Position numbers and translations under genes: made by a program. A stretch of 64,000 nucleotides of DNA from positions 2,752,001 through 2,816,000 of the forward strand of contig OZ242010.1 in assembly GCA_965204745.1 (NCBI GenBank). The letters are read 5' to 3'. Positions within the stretch are counted from its first letter, which is position 1, and each line of letters begins with the position of its first letter. This document shows positions 35,689 through 45,756 of the stretch, piece by piece. Origin of the DNA: Candidatus Latescibacterota bacterium. GTDB lineage: Bacteria; Latescibacterota; UBA2968. Below the pieces are notes generated by a model. It made no database searches, had not been told where the DNA came from, and saw only the letters and a list, made by a program, of their open reading frames with translations.

Positions 35689-37617
35689 TTACTTGGCATT
35701 AAACGCCATTAAGGCAGCATCGGCTCTGCCGCAAGAGACCCATAGTTCAGGGACGATATGACGACAAAGATGACGCAAGGACGAGTGGAACATTTGCCCT
35801 TCCGTATCTTTCAAATCATCAAATGCGAGTTCCGTCAGCCAATCCCCTACAAATTCCGTCCAATCATTAAGGTCCGCACGACTCGCAGCGGCTACGAGGC
35901 AAATGTTTATGATCTTTTGGATAGGCAACGCATACTCGGCATCGCGCCTGTATCTGCGTATGAGAATTCGCAATTCGTCCGCGAGCGCGGGGCACCTTGA
36001 AACGGCGGCAACTGAAGCCAATCCATTCAAGATATCGACAAGTTGCAATTCGCTCTCTAGGTTTTGGAGATGATAGTTGGACCGCTTTAGTGCTTTTACC
36101 GCTAATTCAGCCTGGCTTGTACCCATGGGGAAAATCAAGGCGAAATTCACGAGAGGAATGAAAGACAGTGGCTCTACCACCTCTGTGCGGAGTTGTGCCT
36201 CAATCGTTTCTGCGACTTTGGGAGGCAAAATGCGCTGAGGGGTTTCGGTTCCCTCTAATGGGCCAGGTAGCCATAGATAGGGGGAATCATCGCTAAAAGA
36301 TTGAAGGCTCCCGGGCTTGTTTGCGAGTAGCAAATCACATATTTGGCTACCCGTTATATTCTGTTCGTAGATCTTGGCTACAATCAGGATACGACCCAAA
36401 AAATCGTCCTTCATTTGTCGAGCATCTGCAAATTCAGGATGCCAGCGCGGGGCCAAACGCATATCGACGAGCGATTGCAGATAATACGGCCCTCCATGAT
36501 TGCGAAATGCCCACTTACTAAATTCCCCAACATCAACAGATGAATTTGCAAACTGACGCTGAATCAATGCGGCTTGCGCCAAGGCTGATAATCTTCTGTA
36601 GAAGGGTGGCTCTGCTGACAACAGCCGGGTTCTGGATAGCTCGCTATCCACGAGACAAAACAATGCCGAGAGCAGCTTAAACCCGCTCGCTTGCCCGTCA
36701 ACATCATCGTCTCGAATCTGCTCAATGAGACGAATGAGAGCTCGTTCTATCTCGGGTCTTGAAGGAAGAACTCGAAGGCCAACTTCAATCGCTCCCAACT
36801 GCGAGATTCTGTCTCCATGCTCGTCCAAAAAGTCAAAGGCGCGTACGAGGTCTTCACGACTCAACTGATCGACATTGATTTTAGCGGTCATTGAAGGATG
36901 TGACGACAAAAGGAGACGAGACAAAAATCCATCATAGGGTCGCCACGCAGACAGGTGGTCAAAGAGCTTCCCGCCTCCCCCGGAGGCGTAATCGCCGATA
37001 GTAGTGCTCCCGTCGAATTCACCCACAAGTCGTTCAAAATATCTACGAGAATGAGGAACCAGAGTGGATAAACCAATCGAGCCACTCCTAATTTTCCTGC
37101 GTATGGAAGGGGCCATTTCGACTGGCGTATCGAGAAATTCATCGTTAAACGCCGCAATTTCTTCGTCTTCAAGAGCGCGTTTTGCAAGAATGTCGCGCCA
37201 CCGGTCAGACGCGCTGTTGGGCAGATTGTAGTCGGAAGCAACTTTATCGAGAAAACGCAGACGTGTGTCCTTGTCCGGCGAAAGTGCCACAAAACAGGAT
37301 GGCAGGGGAATACGCTGATTACCGCGAAAAAGTGAAAGTTCCGGCAACTCTCCTTTTTTTTTCATGTTCTTTAGCCTCCACTTTTGTCCCTCCGTGTCCA
37401 TTACTTTCTTTTCCAATGCACCTGAAAGAACCCTGCGAACAGCATTGTTCAGAACGGAACGGCGGACGGAAATACCAGAATCATGAAAGGCAATAATAGC
37501 GTCCTCCCTAATGTCGTACTCCTTCCGAAATTTAGGATTTTCAATCAACGTCTCACCGATAAGCGGAGGTGTACGTTGCAAAGCTATCAATGCAGATTTG
37601 ACATCGGGACTATTCAT
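35689..37617 (-). CDS. Large helical hypothetical protein, partner of the TIR-PIN protein
   Basis: 642-aa ORF; start overlaps the end of the TIR gene; AT-richer than flanks; no motif recognised. Confidence 0.75.
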   Translation of the reverse strand: MNSPDVKSALIALQRTPPLIGETLIENPKFRKEYDIREDAIIAFHDSGISVRRSVLNNAVRRVLSGALEKKVMDTEGQKWRLKNMKKKGELPELSLFRGNQRIPLPSCFVALSPDKDTRLRFLDKVASDYNLPNSASDRWRDILAKRALEDEEIAAFNDEFLDTPVEMAPSIRRKIRSGSIGLSTLVPHSRRYFERLVGEFDGSTTIGDYASGGGGKLFDHLSAWRPYDGFLSRLLLSSHPSMTAKINVDQLSREDLVRAFDFLDEHGDRISQLGAIEVGLRVLPSRPEIERALIRLIEQIRDDDVDGQASGFKLLSALFCLVDSELSRTRLLSAEPPFYRRLSALAQAALIQRQFANSSVDVGEFSKWAFRNHGGPYYLQSLVDMRLAPRWHPEFADARQMKDDFLGRILIVAKIYEQNITGSQICDLLLANKPGSLQSFSDDSPYLWLPGPLEGTETPQRILPPKVAETIEAQLRTEVVEPLSFIPLVNFALIFPMGTSQAELAVKALKRSNYHLQNLESELQLVDILNGLASVAAVSRCPALADELRILIRRYRRDAEYALPIQKIINICLVAAASRADLNDWTEFVGDWLTELAFDDLKDTEGQMFHSSLRHLCRHIVPELWVSCGRADAALMAFNAK

Positions 37618-40600
37618 CACCTCGTCCTCCTTCCTCTGTCTGATCCCTATTAGCCACTTTCGCAATCCACCTTCGATGCCATTCGACGAGCTCAAAATAC
37701 AGATCGGGGTATTGTTCTTTGATCGGGGCCAGAATGCTCTCTTCGACCCAATTCCAGTACTCGTCTGTCACTTCCTGGGGCACATTAGCCGGAGGGATGA
37801 GCACCGCCAGGATATACGCGCTACGTCCCGTCTTGGCGATGTCAGTTCCATTTTCTCTGCCAAAGCTGTGCGCCCAGCCGCGCATGTCAACCTGCTCCAC
37901 AATCCAGTCGGAGCGAGCACGCACATCTGAAAAGTCAGCCTTGGTTTTCCACAGGTCTTTTAGCACTTGGACGAACGTTCTGTACAACTCAACCAGCCAA
38001 CGTCCCTCTTTCGGAAGTTGAAGCCAAGTAGTCATCCTAACATGAAGGATGTTTTCCCGGATGGCCTTTAGTTCGGCTGTCTCCATAACTTTGCCATTCT
38101 CGACCCTAGAGGCATTGAGATGATGTGCCAGTTCATCCTCGCTTACGGGAATGAAGAAATACCCGGCCTGACGGAGTTGCGTCCTGTACTCCATTCGTTC
38201 TTCAGGCGTGATAGAATTAGCGGCGACCAGTGCATCTATGATATCCAATGTTGTAAATACCCGCGCATGTGCGTCGCCATCATCGTTTGCATTACGTCCT
38301 CGAATATGGACATGTTGGTTGAGGCATCTGTCGTCCAAAATGATTGCGTCACAATGTCCTGCCAAATCGAAAACACCAGCGGTTGGATGTCCAGCGATTG
38401 CCTGTTCTTTTGGTTGATCGGGATAGATTTGCCTGCCTACCTTTATTTGGCCTGACTCTATCCGTTTATTAACGGCGGCCCGTATGCGTTCTATGGCGTC
38501 TTTGGCCTTGTCGGAAATCTTTTCATAAGAAATCAGTTGATTTGCTTCAGATACTTTTTTTGACGAAATAATCGGTGTGAAACCCGCGGCTTTTAGTTTG
38601 TCCAACATCCCGAGACGAAGGAAATAGTCCACAGCCAAATCATCCAAGTACAGCGTTGCCCCATCGGCAATCTGCGGTTGATTTGCCCAAGGCTTCTCGT
38701 GAAATCGAAAATAGGCACGCGCCTCCTGTTCTTCCCGCGTAGTTATCCGGCCCTTTTGTTGCAACTTATCTACAATGGCTTGACAACTACTCAACACCGT
38801 TGCATGCGCCGTTAAGTCCGCTTCTTCCTCCATCAACGAAGTGACTCGGTAAACCGGAGATGGCCGAACAACAATGCGTTGGTTACCGTCGCTGTCCCTC
38901 ACCGCTTCCGCCTCGGCGATAAGCAACGCCAAATCCTGTCCAACTTGAACGGACACATCGCTGTCCGCCACCGTGCTTGGCGAGAGCCTTTCCAGCACGT
39001 CTGTTGCAATCAAATCGCGGAGTTGACGCGCGGCCTTAATTCGACTGGGTTGATGAAATGCAACCCGCTGTTTTTCATGAAAAAGCCAATGAAGGGTTGA
39101 ATGCGGTAGGTGAACCGTCTCAAAAGCGTCCAATGCTTTATCGAGCGAGTTCAGAAGACTCAAGGTGAGTAATGCGGTTACATCCATTCCTACCTGTCCA
39201 CCGGTATTGAGCGGTGGCGGTTGCCGCTGGCCGCTATATGCGGGGATAGCACCTCGCCGTCTCGGATCGCTCTCCGACGGGTTCGCCAAAGCGGGGAAAA
39301 GCATCAAATCGCCAAGGGACCGGTTGAGGAAGATAGCTACCAGAAACATCGAAATTTCACCATGGCTCAACTGTTGCCAGATTTCAGACGCGCTGCGGTT
39401 CCAATCCGGTTCCAGGTCCAGAAATTCCCTTAGTGTCACCTGCCAGAGTGGGCCATCGTCGCCGGAGAGTTCGACGGCTTTCTGGATCCACTCAAAAACC
39501 CTTGGATCATCTTCCCAACCGGCATTTGAAGCCAACAAGTAAGCCTCTGCTAGTACATCAGCATCATCGTTGCCCTTTTGTGTCGCTGCAAATATCAACT
39601 CTTTTGCAATGTCCCAATGAAGGGCCAATTGAGCCGTGCGTATCAATTCTCGGGCACTTCTCTCGTCTTTTGCTTGGCGTTCTTTAGCCACAAATTCAGA
39701 GAGGGCGTTCCAATTCCCCAAAGAGATTTCGAGATCAATTTTTAATTTTCGGTAGTTCGGATCATCCCAATCGCCATTCAGTTTCGCCAACTCGGAGCGT
39801 GCCTCTAAGAGCATGCCCGTTTGGTACAAAGACCAGCAATAGAGCATTTGCAGCTTATGGGATTGTGCTAACGGGGTCTTGTTTGCTTTTAAGAACGCTA
39901 CGAGTCGTTCATTTTGCTGTGTCTCATGTAGAGCAAATGCAAACCGTTCCGCATCGCGCAAATCATGGGTTTTTTCAAACAGAATTTCGCCATACTCGCA
40001 AAGACTGTCCCAATCGTCTCTTTCTTCAAGGAAGGGAATGAGGGTCTCCAAATCAGATAGAGATTTTGTTTTTTTGAATTGCTCTTTGAGACCCTCAACT
40101 GGATCAGTCCCTTCTGCTTCGGCAATTATTTTTTCGAGTCGGCTTTCCTCCTCCTCGGAAAGCCTGTCTTTTATCAGTGTAGCCAAGCACTTATTTGCCT
40201 TTTCGATCTGCCCACTTTTTGTAAGTGCCACGAGTTGAAGATACAGCATTGCTTTTTTGTCAATGTGAGTGGCGAGTTCGTCATAGTGCCGGGCAATGTA
40301 GTCCGCAATGGCTTCCGGGCTTTTCTGCGTGAAGGCGAGAGCAAAGCGAGCGAGTGCGGCGTCAAGCGTAAGCCCGCCGTTGAGGGCAATTTTTCGTTCG
40401 ATCTCCCGTTCGATTGCCTCTATATCCAGGTCAATTCCAAATTCAACACCGAGATGAACAAAATTAAGAGCGGTCTTGGGATTGCGAAGTTTGGACTCCA
40501 ATCGTTTTCGCCCTTGATCTGATTCATCTGGGTCCCTGAGTTCAAGCCAAAGAGCGTACCCATCAGCCAGAGTTGCCACATGAGGGAGGCTTAACTCATG

Positions 40601-41785
40601 GGCAACTTTTTTTGTTTCTATAAAGTGTTGGTGTGCGACCCGGCGGGATTCTATCGAATCCGCATCTGAGGCAAGCGGGAAGTGTGCGACAGAGAGTGGT
40701 AGTTGTCTAAGTACAACGGTGCGAAACTCAACGGGTACCGTACTCAGCAAGTGAGTTATTGCCATCAGATGATGTAGCACAGGCGCGTCGCGCAAGTCGT
40801 CTTCAGTCAGCGCATCAATACTTTTCTGTGCGCCCTCCCAATCCTCGAGTTCAAACTGATACCACAAGAGAAAACATTTGCCGTCAGAGTCCAGATCAGA
40901 AATGCCTGCTTTCTTCAACCAGTCAACAGCCCCTTGCGGGCCGTCATGATGTGCAACGATGTTGAGTGCCGCGGATCGAGACATTGGCGAATCAATTTTA
41001 GTCAAGGTGCTCAGAGCCGCTTGCTTATCGCCCTGTTGAGAAAATATAAAAGCGTCTGCTATGTCGATTTCCTGGCAAGCTCCTAATTTCTTTGCGATCT
41101 TGAGGTACTCGCCTGCTTGGTCCAATTTTTCAGTACGTGCCAAGAATCTTACACACCAAGCGAGAGATTCACGCTTGACTACATTAGTGCCGCCCGAGAG
41201 TTCTCCTTCAACCAGCTTTCTCGCAAGTGCGAATGAAGATTGGACGCTGTCGTACTCTTCGAAAAAGCGAGATTTGCGGAGTATATCGGTCTCCTCTTTG
41301 ATTTTTTGATCAATGAGTTCCATTACAGCATCGCTTGGAAAAATTTTTTTTTGTTTTTTTGCTTCTTCTGCCAAAGCGTTTGCTATTTCAAAGAATGCGT
41401 CGTCGCATAAGGAGTAATGTACGACCGGCTTTCCGTCCTTTGGAAGTGCTTTCAGCCTGCCAAATGGTGCTCTCTGCCAATCACAGGGTCGTAAAATCAC
41501 AGGTATAGTTATTACTCCTCGTGTGTTTCTCTGCTCTAATGCTTTAACCGTTTCCACTTCTCGGCAGTATGTTGACGCCAAAAAATCTGGGCTTACCAAA
41601 AGAAGGATAATATCCGCTTGTTCCAGTTCCTTTTGGATCACACTGTCCAATTCTTCGCCTGGCCGGATTTGTTCGTCAGACCATATCATGACATTTTCTT
41701 GTCGTTTAAGTTCTGTGAGGTGTTTTTCTAGTTCCAGCCGCAGATCTTCATCTTTATGGGCATAGGAAATGAAAATTTTTATCAT
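37610..41785 (-). CDS. TIR domain + TPR-like helical region + two PIN-like domains (candidate anti-phage protein)
   Basis: RBS AGGAGG. TIR: IFISYAHKD, ADIILLLVSPDFLASTYCREVE, IPVILRPCDW. PIN-like: VGMDVTALLTL...VHLPHST, LYLDDLAV and IILDDRCL. Confidence 0.75.
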   Translation of the reverse strand: MIKIFISYAHKDEDLRLELEKHLTELKRQENVMIWSDEQIRPGEELDSVIQKELEQADIILLLVSPDFLASTYCREVETVKALEQRNTRGVITIPVILRPCDWQRAPFGRLKALPKDGKPVVHYSLCDDAFFEIANALAEEAKKQKKIFPSDAVMELIDQKIKEETDILRKSRFFEEYDSVQSSFALARKLVEGELSGGTNVVKRESLAWCVRFLARTEKLDQAGEYLKIAKKLGACQEIDIADAFIFSQQGDKQAALSTLTKIDSPMSRSAALNIVAHHDGPQGAVDWLKKAGISDLDSDGKCFLLWYQFELEDWEGAQKSIDALTEDDLRDAPVLHHLMAITHLLSTVPVEFRTVVLRQLPLSVAHFPLASDADSIESRRVAHQHFIETKKVAHELSLPHVATLADGYALWLELRDPDESDQGRKRLESKLRNPKTALNFVHLGVEFGIDLDIEAIEREIERKIALNGGLTLDAALARFALAFTQKSPEAIADYIARHYDELATHIDKKAMLYLQLVALTKSGQIEKANKCLATLIKDRLSEEEESRLEKIIAEAEGTDPVEGLKEQFKKTKSLSDLETLIPFLEERDDWDSLCEYGEILFEKTHDLRDAERFAFALHETQQNERLVAFLKANKTPLAQSHKLQMLYCWSLYQTGMLLEARSELAKLNGDWDDPNYRKLKIDLEISLGNWNALSEFVAKERQAKDERSARELIRTAQLALHWDIAKELIFAATQKGNDDADVLAEAYLLASNAGWEDDPRVFEWIQKAVELSGDDGPLWQVTLREFLDLEPDWNRSASEIWQQLSHGEISMFLVAIFLNRSLGDLMLFPALANPSESDPRRRGAIPAYSGQRQPPPLNTGGQVGMDVTALLTLSLLNSLDKALDAFETVHLPHSTLHWLFHEKQRVAFHQPSRIKAARQLRDLIATDVLERLSPSTVADSDVSVQVGQDLALLIAEAEAVRDSDGNQRIVVRPSPVYRVTSLMEEEADLTAHATVLSSCQAIVDKLQQKGRITTREEQEARAYFRFHEKPWANQPQIADGATLYLDDLAVDYFLRLGMLDKLKAAGFTPIISSKKVSEANQLISYEKISDKAKDAIERIRAAVNKRIESGQIKVGRQIYPDQPKEQAIAGHPTAGVFDLAGHCDAIILDDRCLNQHVHIRGRNANDDGDAHARVFTTLDIIDALVAANSITPEERMEYRTQLRQAGYFFIPVSEDELAHHLNASRVENGKVMETAELKAIRENILHVRMTTWLQLPKEGRWLVELYRTFVQVLKDLWKTKADFSDVRARSDWIVEQVDMRGWAHSFGRENGTDIAKTGRSAYILAVLIPPANVPQEVTDEYWNWVEESILAPIKEQYPDLYFELVEWHRRWIAKVANRDQTEEGGRGDE

Positions 41786-41896
41786 GGTTTTTACCCTCCT
41801 GTTAATCGCATTCATTGAGCGGGTTAGTAAATCGGTATCTAAAAATCGCCCATCCTTTTCCGAGATCAGAGCTTTGGTTTTCTCAATCGCCGTGTC

Positions 41897-42892
41897 CTAT
41901 ATTCCAGTAAGGACGCGATGGCTTTTGTTTAGAAAGAGATGGGAGGGAAGTTTTGATTTTTTGAATTGACCCTCTACATCATACCGCGAGAATTTTGAGT
42001 CAAACTTGCTCACGCTTTCTCCATAGCGCCGACGGGGGGCTTGACGTTGCAATGGCAAGAGACGCTCTAACTCTTGTGGCACAGATGATCGTTGAGCAGT
42101 TCGTAGCTGGTGCAGGTGCCGGAATGACAAGAGACGCTTTAACTCTTGTGGCACAGATGAGTCGGATGATTCTGTCTGCATATCCTCGGGTTGCTCGTCA
42201 ATCACCCGCAAGACGTCAAAGACGCGGGTTTGGGATTCTGTCTGCATGTCCTCGGGTTGCTCGTCAATCACCCGCAAGATGTCAAAGACGCGGGTTTGGG
42301 ATTCTGTCTGCATGTCCTCGAGTTGCTCGCCCCGGTTGAAAACCGAGGATTCCGCCTCCCGTGCTGAATCGGAACGCCAAAGCTCGTCGAACGCACTGTC
42401 TCTTAGCGGTTCCCGTAGCGGTGATTTGATGATGTGATCGTTGACGTTTAGGATGTGGGACTCTGCCGAGCCGGGAGACTTTGAGGAATTAGCAAGGTCG
42501 CCCAAAACGAAACGTCCCCTTTGCGTAACATTTCGGCAGAGGTCCCCCGAATTTTGCATCGCGTCGGCGATTTCTCTATTGATGGTTTCTTTGAGCAGGT
42601 CGCGCAGTTCCTCGGCAATTTTTGGATGTGGGTGGCCCACGAGGGCTTTGTTCGCCAACTCCTTGGCCAAGCGTGGTTGATCGCAGTCCAAAGCCAGCCA
42701 ACCTGCGCTGCGGTGTAGTATGGACCAACTCAGCCCGTTCTGATCGTTCAGTGCGTCGATCGCGTTCAGTTCAAATTTCAACGCCTGTTCAAAGAACTCC
42801 GTTGCCCGTTTCTCGTTGCCTCGCCGCCGTTCCATAACAGCGTGGTCAACGCATTCCATTGCCTTGTTGTGAAGATCACTAACGTTGCCCAT
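41897..42892 (-). CDS. TPR-like protein with repetitive low-complexity C-terminal extension
   Basis: LHNKAM...SILHRSAGWLALDC...AL.G.P.P.IAEELRDL N-terminal domain; 22-aa and 24-aa tandem repeats; overlaps the upstream gene end. Confidence 0.65.
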   Translation of the reverse strand: MGNVSDLHNKAMECVDHAVMERRRGNEKRATEFFEQALKFELNAIDALNDQNGLSWSILHRSAGWLALDCDQPRLAKELANKALVGHPHPKIAEELRDLLKETINREIADAMQNSGDLCRNVTQRGRFVLGDLANSSKSPGSAESHILNVNDHIIKSPLREPLRDSAFDELWRSDSAREAESSVFNRGEQLEDMQTESQTRVFDILRVIDEQPEDMQTESQTRVFDVLRVIDEQPEDMQTESSDSSVPQELKRLLSFRHLHQLRTAQRSSVPQELERLLPLQRQAPRRRYGESVSKFDSKFSRYDVEGQFKKSKLPSHLFLNKSHRVLTGI

Positions 42893-43475
42893 TTCTCTTC
42901 TCCTCAATCTCGGCAAGCGGCCTTCTAAATTCGACTACGATTACGTAGACAGGCAATCCCCAAGTATCAGATTGGTCTATCTGTTGTAACTTTTTTTGAA
43001 TTCTTTCTCTGATTCGATGGTCATTGCCCGTGCGAATGCCGGATACTTCCAGGCTACCTCTGACAACAAAATTGTCATCTTGTAGAATGTCTCGCAATTT
43101 CGTCGTTACCTCGCGTTCGATGGCCGATATATTTGACGTATCAGCATTACCCAGCCAGTAATCAAATCCCGTGCCTTGCCATGAACGTGCAATAACGGTA
43201 TAACCAATTTCCCGGATAGCCACTAGAACCGCTATGCCAATCGCACCGGCCTCGGTAGCTTCATTGGGGTCATTCCAAGTCCGGCGTACTTGATTATTTG
43301 CTGGCGTCCAAGACAAGGGATAGCTATTGCTAACATACCCTTGAACCATAAGTCGGACACCTTGTTGGTGTCCTTGAGATTCTAAGCATATCGCTCCTGC
43401 CTGTGCCAGTTCATTGCCCTTTACTCGCGTGATGCCAGGGATGTCGTCGGTGTCCAAGTCATTCAAATTCAGCAT
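42879..43475 (-). CDS. Restriction endonuclease-fold (PD-(D/E)XK-like) protein
   Basis: ATEAGA, GTGFDYWLG, LEVSGI and VIVVEF..P motifs. Confidence 0.6.
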   Translation of the reverse strand: MLNLNDLDTDDIPGITRVKGNELAQAGAICLESQGHQQGVRLMVQGYVSNSYPLSWTPANNQVRRTWNDPNEATEAGAIGIAVLVAIREIGYTVIARSWQGTGFDYWLGNADTSNISAIEREVTTKLRDILQDDNFVVRGSLEVSGIRTGNDHRIRERIQKKLQQIDQSDTWGLPVYVIVVEFRRPLAEIEEKRNGQR

Positions 43476-43492
43476 GTATAACCAGTTCCATT

Positions 43493-44272
43493 TCAAAACG
43501 CCGTGGGGCGGCCCTGCGCGCCGTCGACGGGGATGGACGCGCCGTTGATCCAGCGTGCGCGGTCAGATGAGAGAAAGACCACGACATCGGCGACTTCAAA
43601 ATCCGTGCCCAGGCGTTGTGCGGGAAATTCGCGCGTGCGGAACATCTCGTACTGATCGGGGTTCTCGTCCTCGAAGCGTTCCCAACCGCCGCCGGGGAAC
43701 AATAGGGACCCCGGGCACACGGTGTTGGCGCGGATATCGTGCGGTGCCAATTCCCAGGCGAGCGCGCCTGCGAGAAAGATCTCGGCCGCTTTGGTCGCGC
43801 CGTATTGCGCTCCCCGGTTCGCGGGTTTCCAGCCGGAGATGGACGAGATGGTGACGATGCTGCCCCCGCCGCGTTTTGCCATGTGGGGAACAGCCGTGCG
43901 GCTGGCGCGAACCGCGTGAAAGAGGTTGAGGTCAAAGGTTTGTTGCCAATCCGCATCTGTGGAGGCGAGCAACTCGCGGGCGCCGGCCGTGCCCCCCACG
44001 TTGTTGACGAGCACATCCACGCCCCCGAGTGCGTCTGCGGCCGCGTCGACAAACCGCTCGACTTCTCCGGGCTTGGCAACGTCGAGCGCGAGGCCATACG
44101 CCGCGACATGGTGTGCGCGAATCTCGTCGAGCACCGCGTCGATGCCCGCTTGCCCGCGCGCACACACGGCGACATGGCACCCCTCTGCGGCAAAGCGCAA
44201 TGCGGTTGCGCGCCCGATGCCGCGACTGCCGCCGGTGATGAGGGCGACCTTATCGGTGAGTTTCAGATCCAT
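43493..44272 (-). CDS. SDR family oxidoreductase
   Basis: TGGSRGIG, NNVG, YGATK, VDG. Confidence 0.9.
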   Translation of the reverse strand: MDLKLTDKVALITGGSRGIGRATALRFAAEGCHVAVCARGQAGIDAVLDEIRAHHVAAYGLALDVAKPGEVERFVDAAADALGGVDVLVNNVGGTAGARELLASTDADWQQTFDLNLFHAVRASRTAVPHMAKRGGGSIVTISSISGWKPANRGAQYGATKAAEIFLAGALAWELAPHDIRANTVCPGSLLFPGGGWERFEDENPDQYEMFRTREFPAQRLGTDFEVADVVVFLSSDRARWINGASIPVDGAQGRPTAF

Positions 44273-44273
44273 C

Positions 44274-45440
44274 TCATCCCTCGATCTCGATCCGGGGCGG
44301 GTTGGCAAAATCGTGATACCGCTCGCGGATATTGCCCTGTGTGGCGTCGCCCTTGTGGAAATAATAGCGATACATGCCCACGAGCGACTCGCCTTGGGCC
44401 AAGGTGTGGTGCCCGCGGCGGCTCTCATCGCCGTAGAAATACGAATGCCCGAAAGGGTTGGCGGTCATCAGCCCGTAATTTCGCACATGCCAGTGCGTTG
44501 GGTGCCGGAAGCTGTGCGGATGATCCATGATCGCAACGCCCGTGAGCTTGCCATTGACCGGCCCGGAATAATGGCACCACGGCGCGCGTTTGCCCCAGGT
44601 CTCCTCCTCGTTGATACCGCCGATGCCATTCTCAATTTTGCCCCCCAAACCGCGCTTCACCTCCATCGTTTCTGCCACGCGAATCGAGGCCAAGCCGCCC
44701 TCTTTGGTGTCGCCGAACAGCACATCCATGTTTCGCGCTGTGAGCGTCAAGTGCAAATCCATGATCCGCACGGAAGAAGGCGTGTTGTACACAGTCCACT
44801 CGGCGCGCTGCTCCAAAATCTCGCGCTTCTTTCCCGGCGGCCCCGTCCACCCATCCATGCCCACCCAATCGCCATGCGATGCGATTCGCCCCAAAACCGG
44901 GCCGCTCTCCAATGCGTCAAAATCCCGATGCAAAATGCGCCCGTGGGATTCGCCCTCGGACCAATTGTCCGCGCCATTCACCTCGCCGTGGGCAATCCAG
45001 ATCGACCGATGGTGGTGGTGATCCATCTCGCGGCCATCCCGTGGCGTTGCCAATCGCCGCGTCACCGGGTCCCCATAAGGCCCGATCACCGGGTAAAAGA
45101 GCGGACGCGCCAATTTCTCGCCGTAACAATAGGTGGTAAAATGTTGCCCATCGACAGAGACAGACACCTCATCGTTGCCCTGCACGACCTCCACGCCGCG
45201 CCCCCTGTGCTGTGGCTCCTCGCCCAACGCGAGAACGCACTCTGCGGTTTGCTCTGCGTCGAGACGCGCCACGATGAAATCGACCTGCACCCCATCGCGT
45301 ACCGGCTTCACCTGACACGGGACTTCCGCATCGCCCATGCTCATCGTCGCCACGGTCGCGCTTTGGGAAATGACCACGGAAACCGGACAGTTGATCCGAT
45401 TGTGTGGCCCTGCGTGAACGGTCAGTTTTACGGTTGCCAT
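44274..45440 (-). CDS. DUF6807/'PmoA-like' family protein
   Basis: PLFYPV, DHHHHRSIW, FGDTKEGG, WGKRAPW, WHVRNYGLMTANPF; RBS GAGGAGG. Confidence 0.75.
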   Translation of the reverse strand: MATVKLTVHAGPHNRINCPVSVVISQSATVATMSMGDAEVPCQVKPVRDGVQVDFIVARLDAEQTAECVLALGEEPQHRGRGVEVVQGNDEVSVSVDGQHFTTYCYGEKLARPLFYPVIGPYGDPVTRRLATPRDGREMDHHHHRSIWIAHGEVNGADNWSEGESHGRILHRDFDALESGPVLGRIASHGDWVGMDGWTGPPGKKREILEQRAEWTVYNTPSSVRIMDLHLTLTARNMDVLFGDTKEGGLASIRVAETMEVKRGLGGKIENGIGGINEEETWGKRAPWCHYSGPVNGKLTGVAIMDHPHSFRHPTHWHVRNYGLMTANPFGHSYFYGDESRRGHHTLAQGESLVGMYRYYFHKGDATQGNIRERYHDFANPPRIEIEG

Positions 45441-45542
45441 CGTTATCCTCCTCAAGAGATGAATGGATGCGTCCACACCGCCCAACCCCCTTCGGTGAGA
45501 CGTAAGACGGGAGAGGTGAGGCAACCCCGCCACACCGCCCAA

Positions 45543-45586
45543 GTGGTCAGTGGTCAGTGGTCAGTGGTCAGTGGTCAGTGGTCAGT
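45543..45586 (+). repeat. Heptamer repeat (GTGGTCA)x6
   Basis: Read directly. Confidence 0.9.
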
Positions 45587-45655
45587 CCCCGCCCAACAGC
45601 CCCAAAACCCGACGCACTTCGTAAACGCAATGGAGCGGGTAACGGGATTGGGGAT

Positions 45656-45721
45656 AGGTTACACAATCCGCGTTCAAAGTCAAGCAAAAGCGTTGACATC
45701 CCCTATACATGCGGTTATCAT
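45656..45721. promoter_or_regulatory. Back-to-back sigma70 promoters of divergent operons
   Basis: Plus strand TTGACA(45693)-N17-TATCAT; minus strand TTGACT(45683)-N16-TAACCT preceded by TG. Confidence 0.55.
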
Positions 45722-45756
45722 AAGTTCAAACCCTCATCACTCACTCGGAGATCACC

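Noticed and set aside
35689-41785. Thoeris, CBASS or Avs assignment
   Set aside because: No ThsA-like SIR2/macro effector, cyclase or STAND NTPase Walker motifs recognised.
44274-45440. Particulate methane monooxygenase
   Set aside because: The 'PmoA-like' label of this soluble family is misleading; no TM helices and no pmoB/pmoC.
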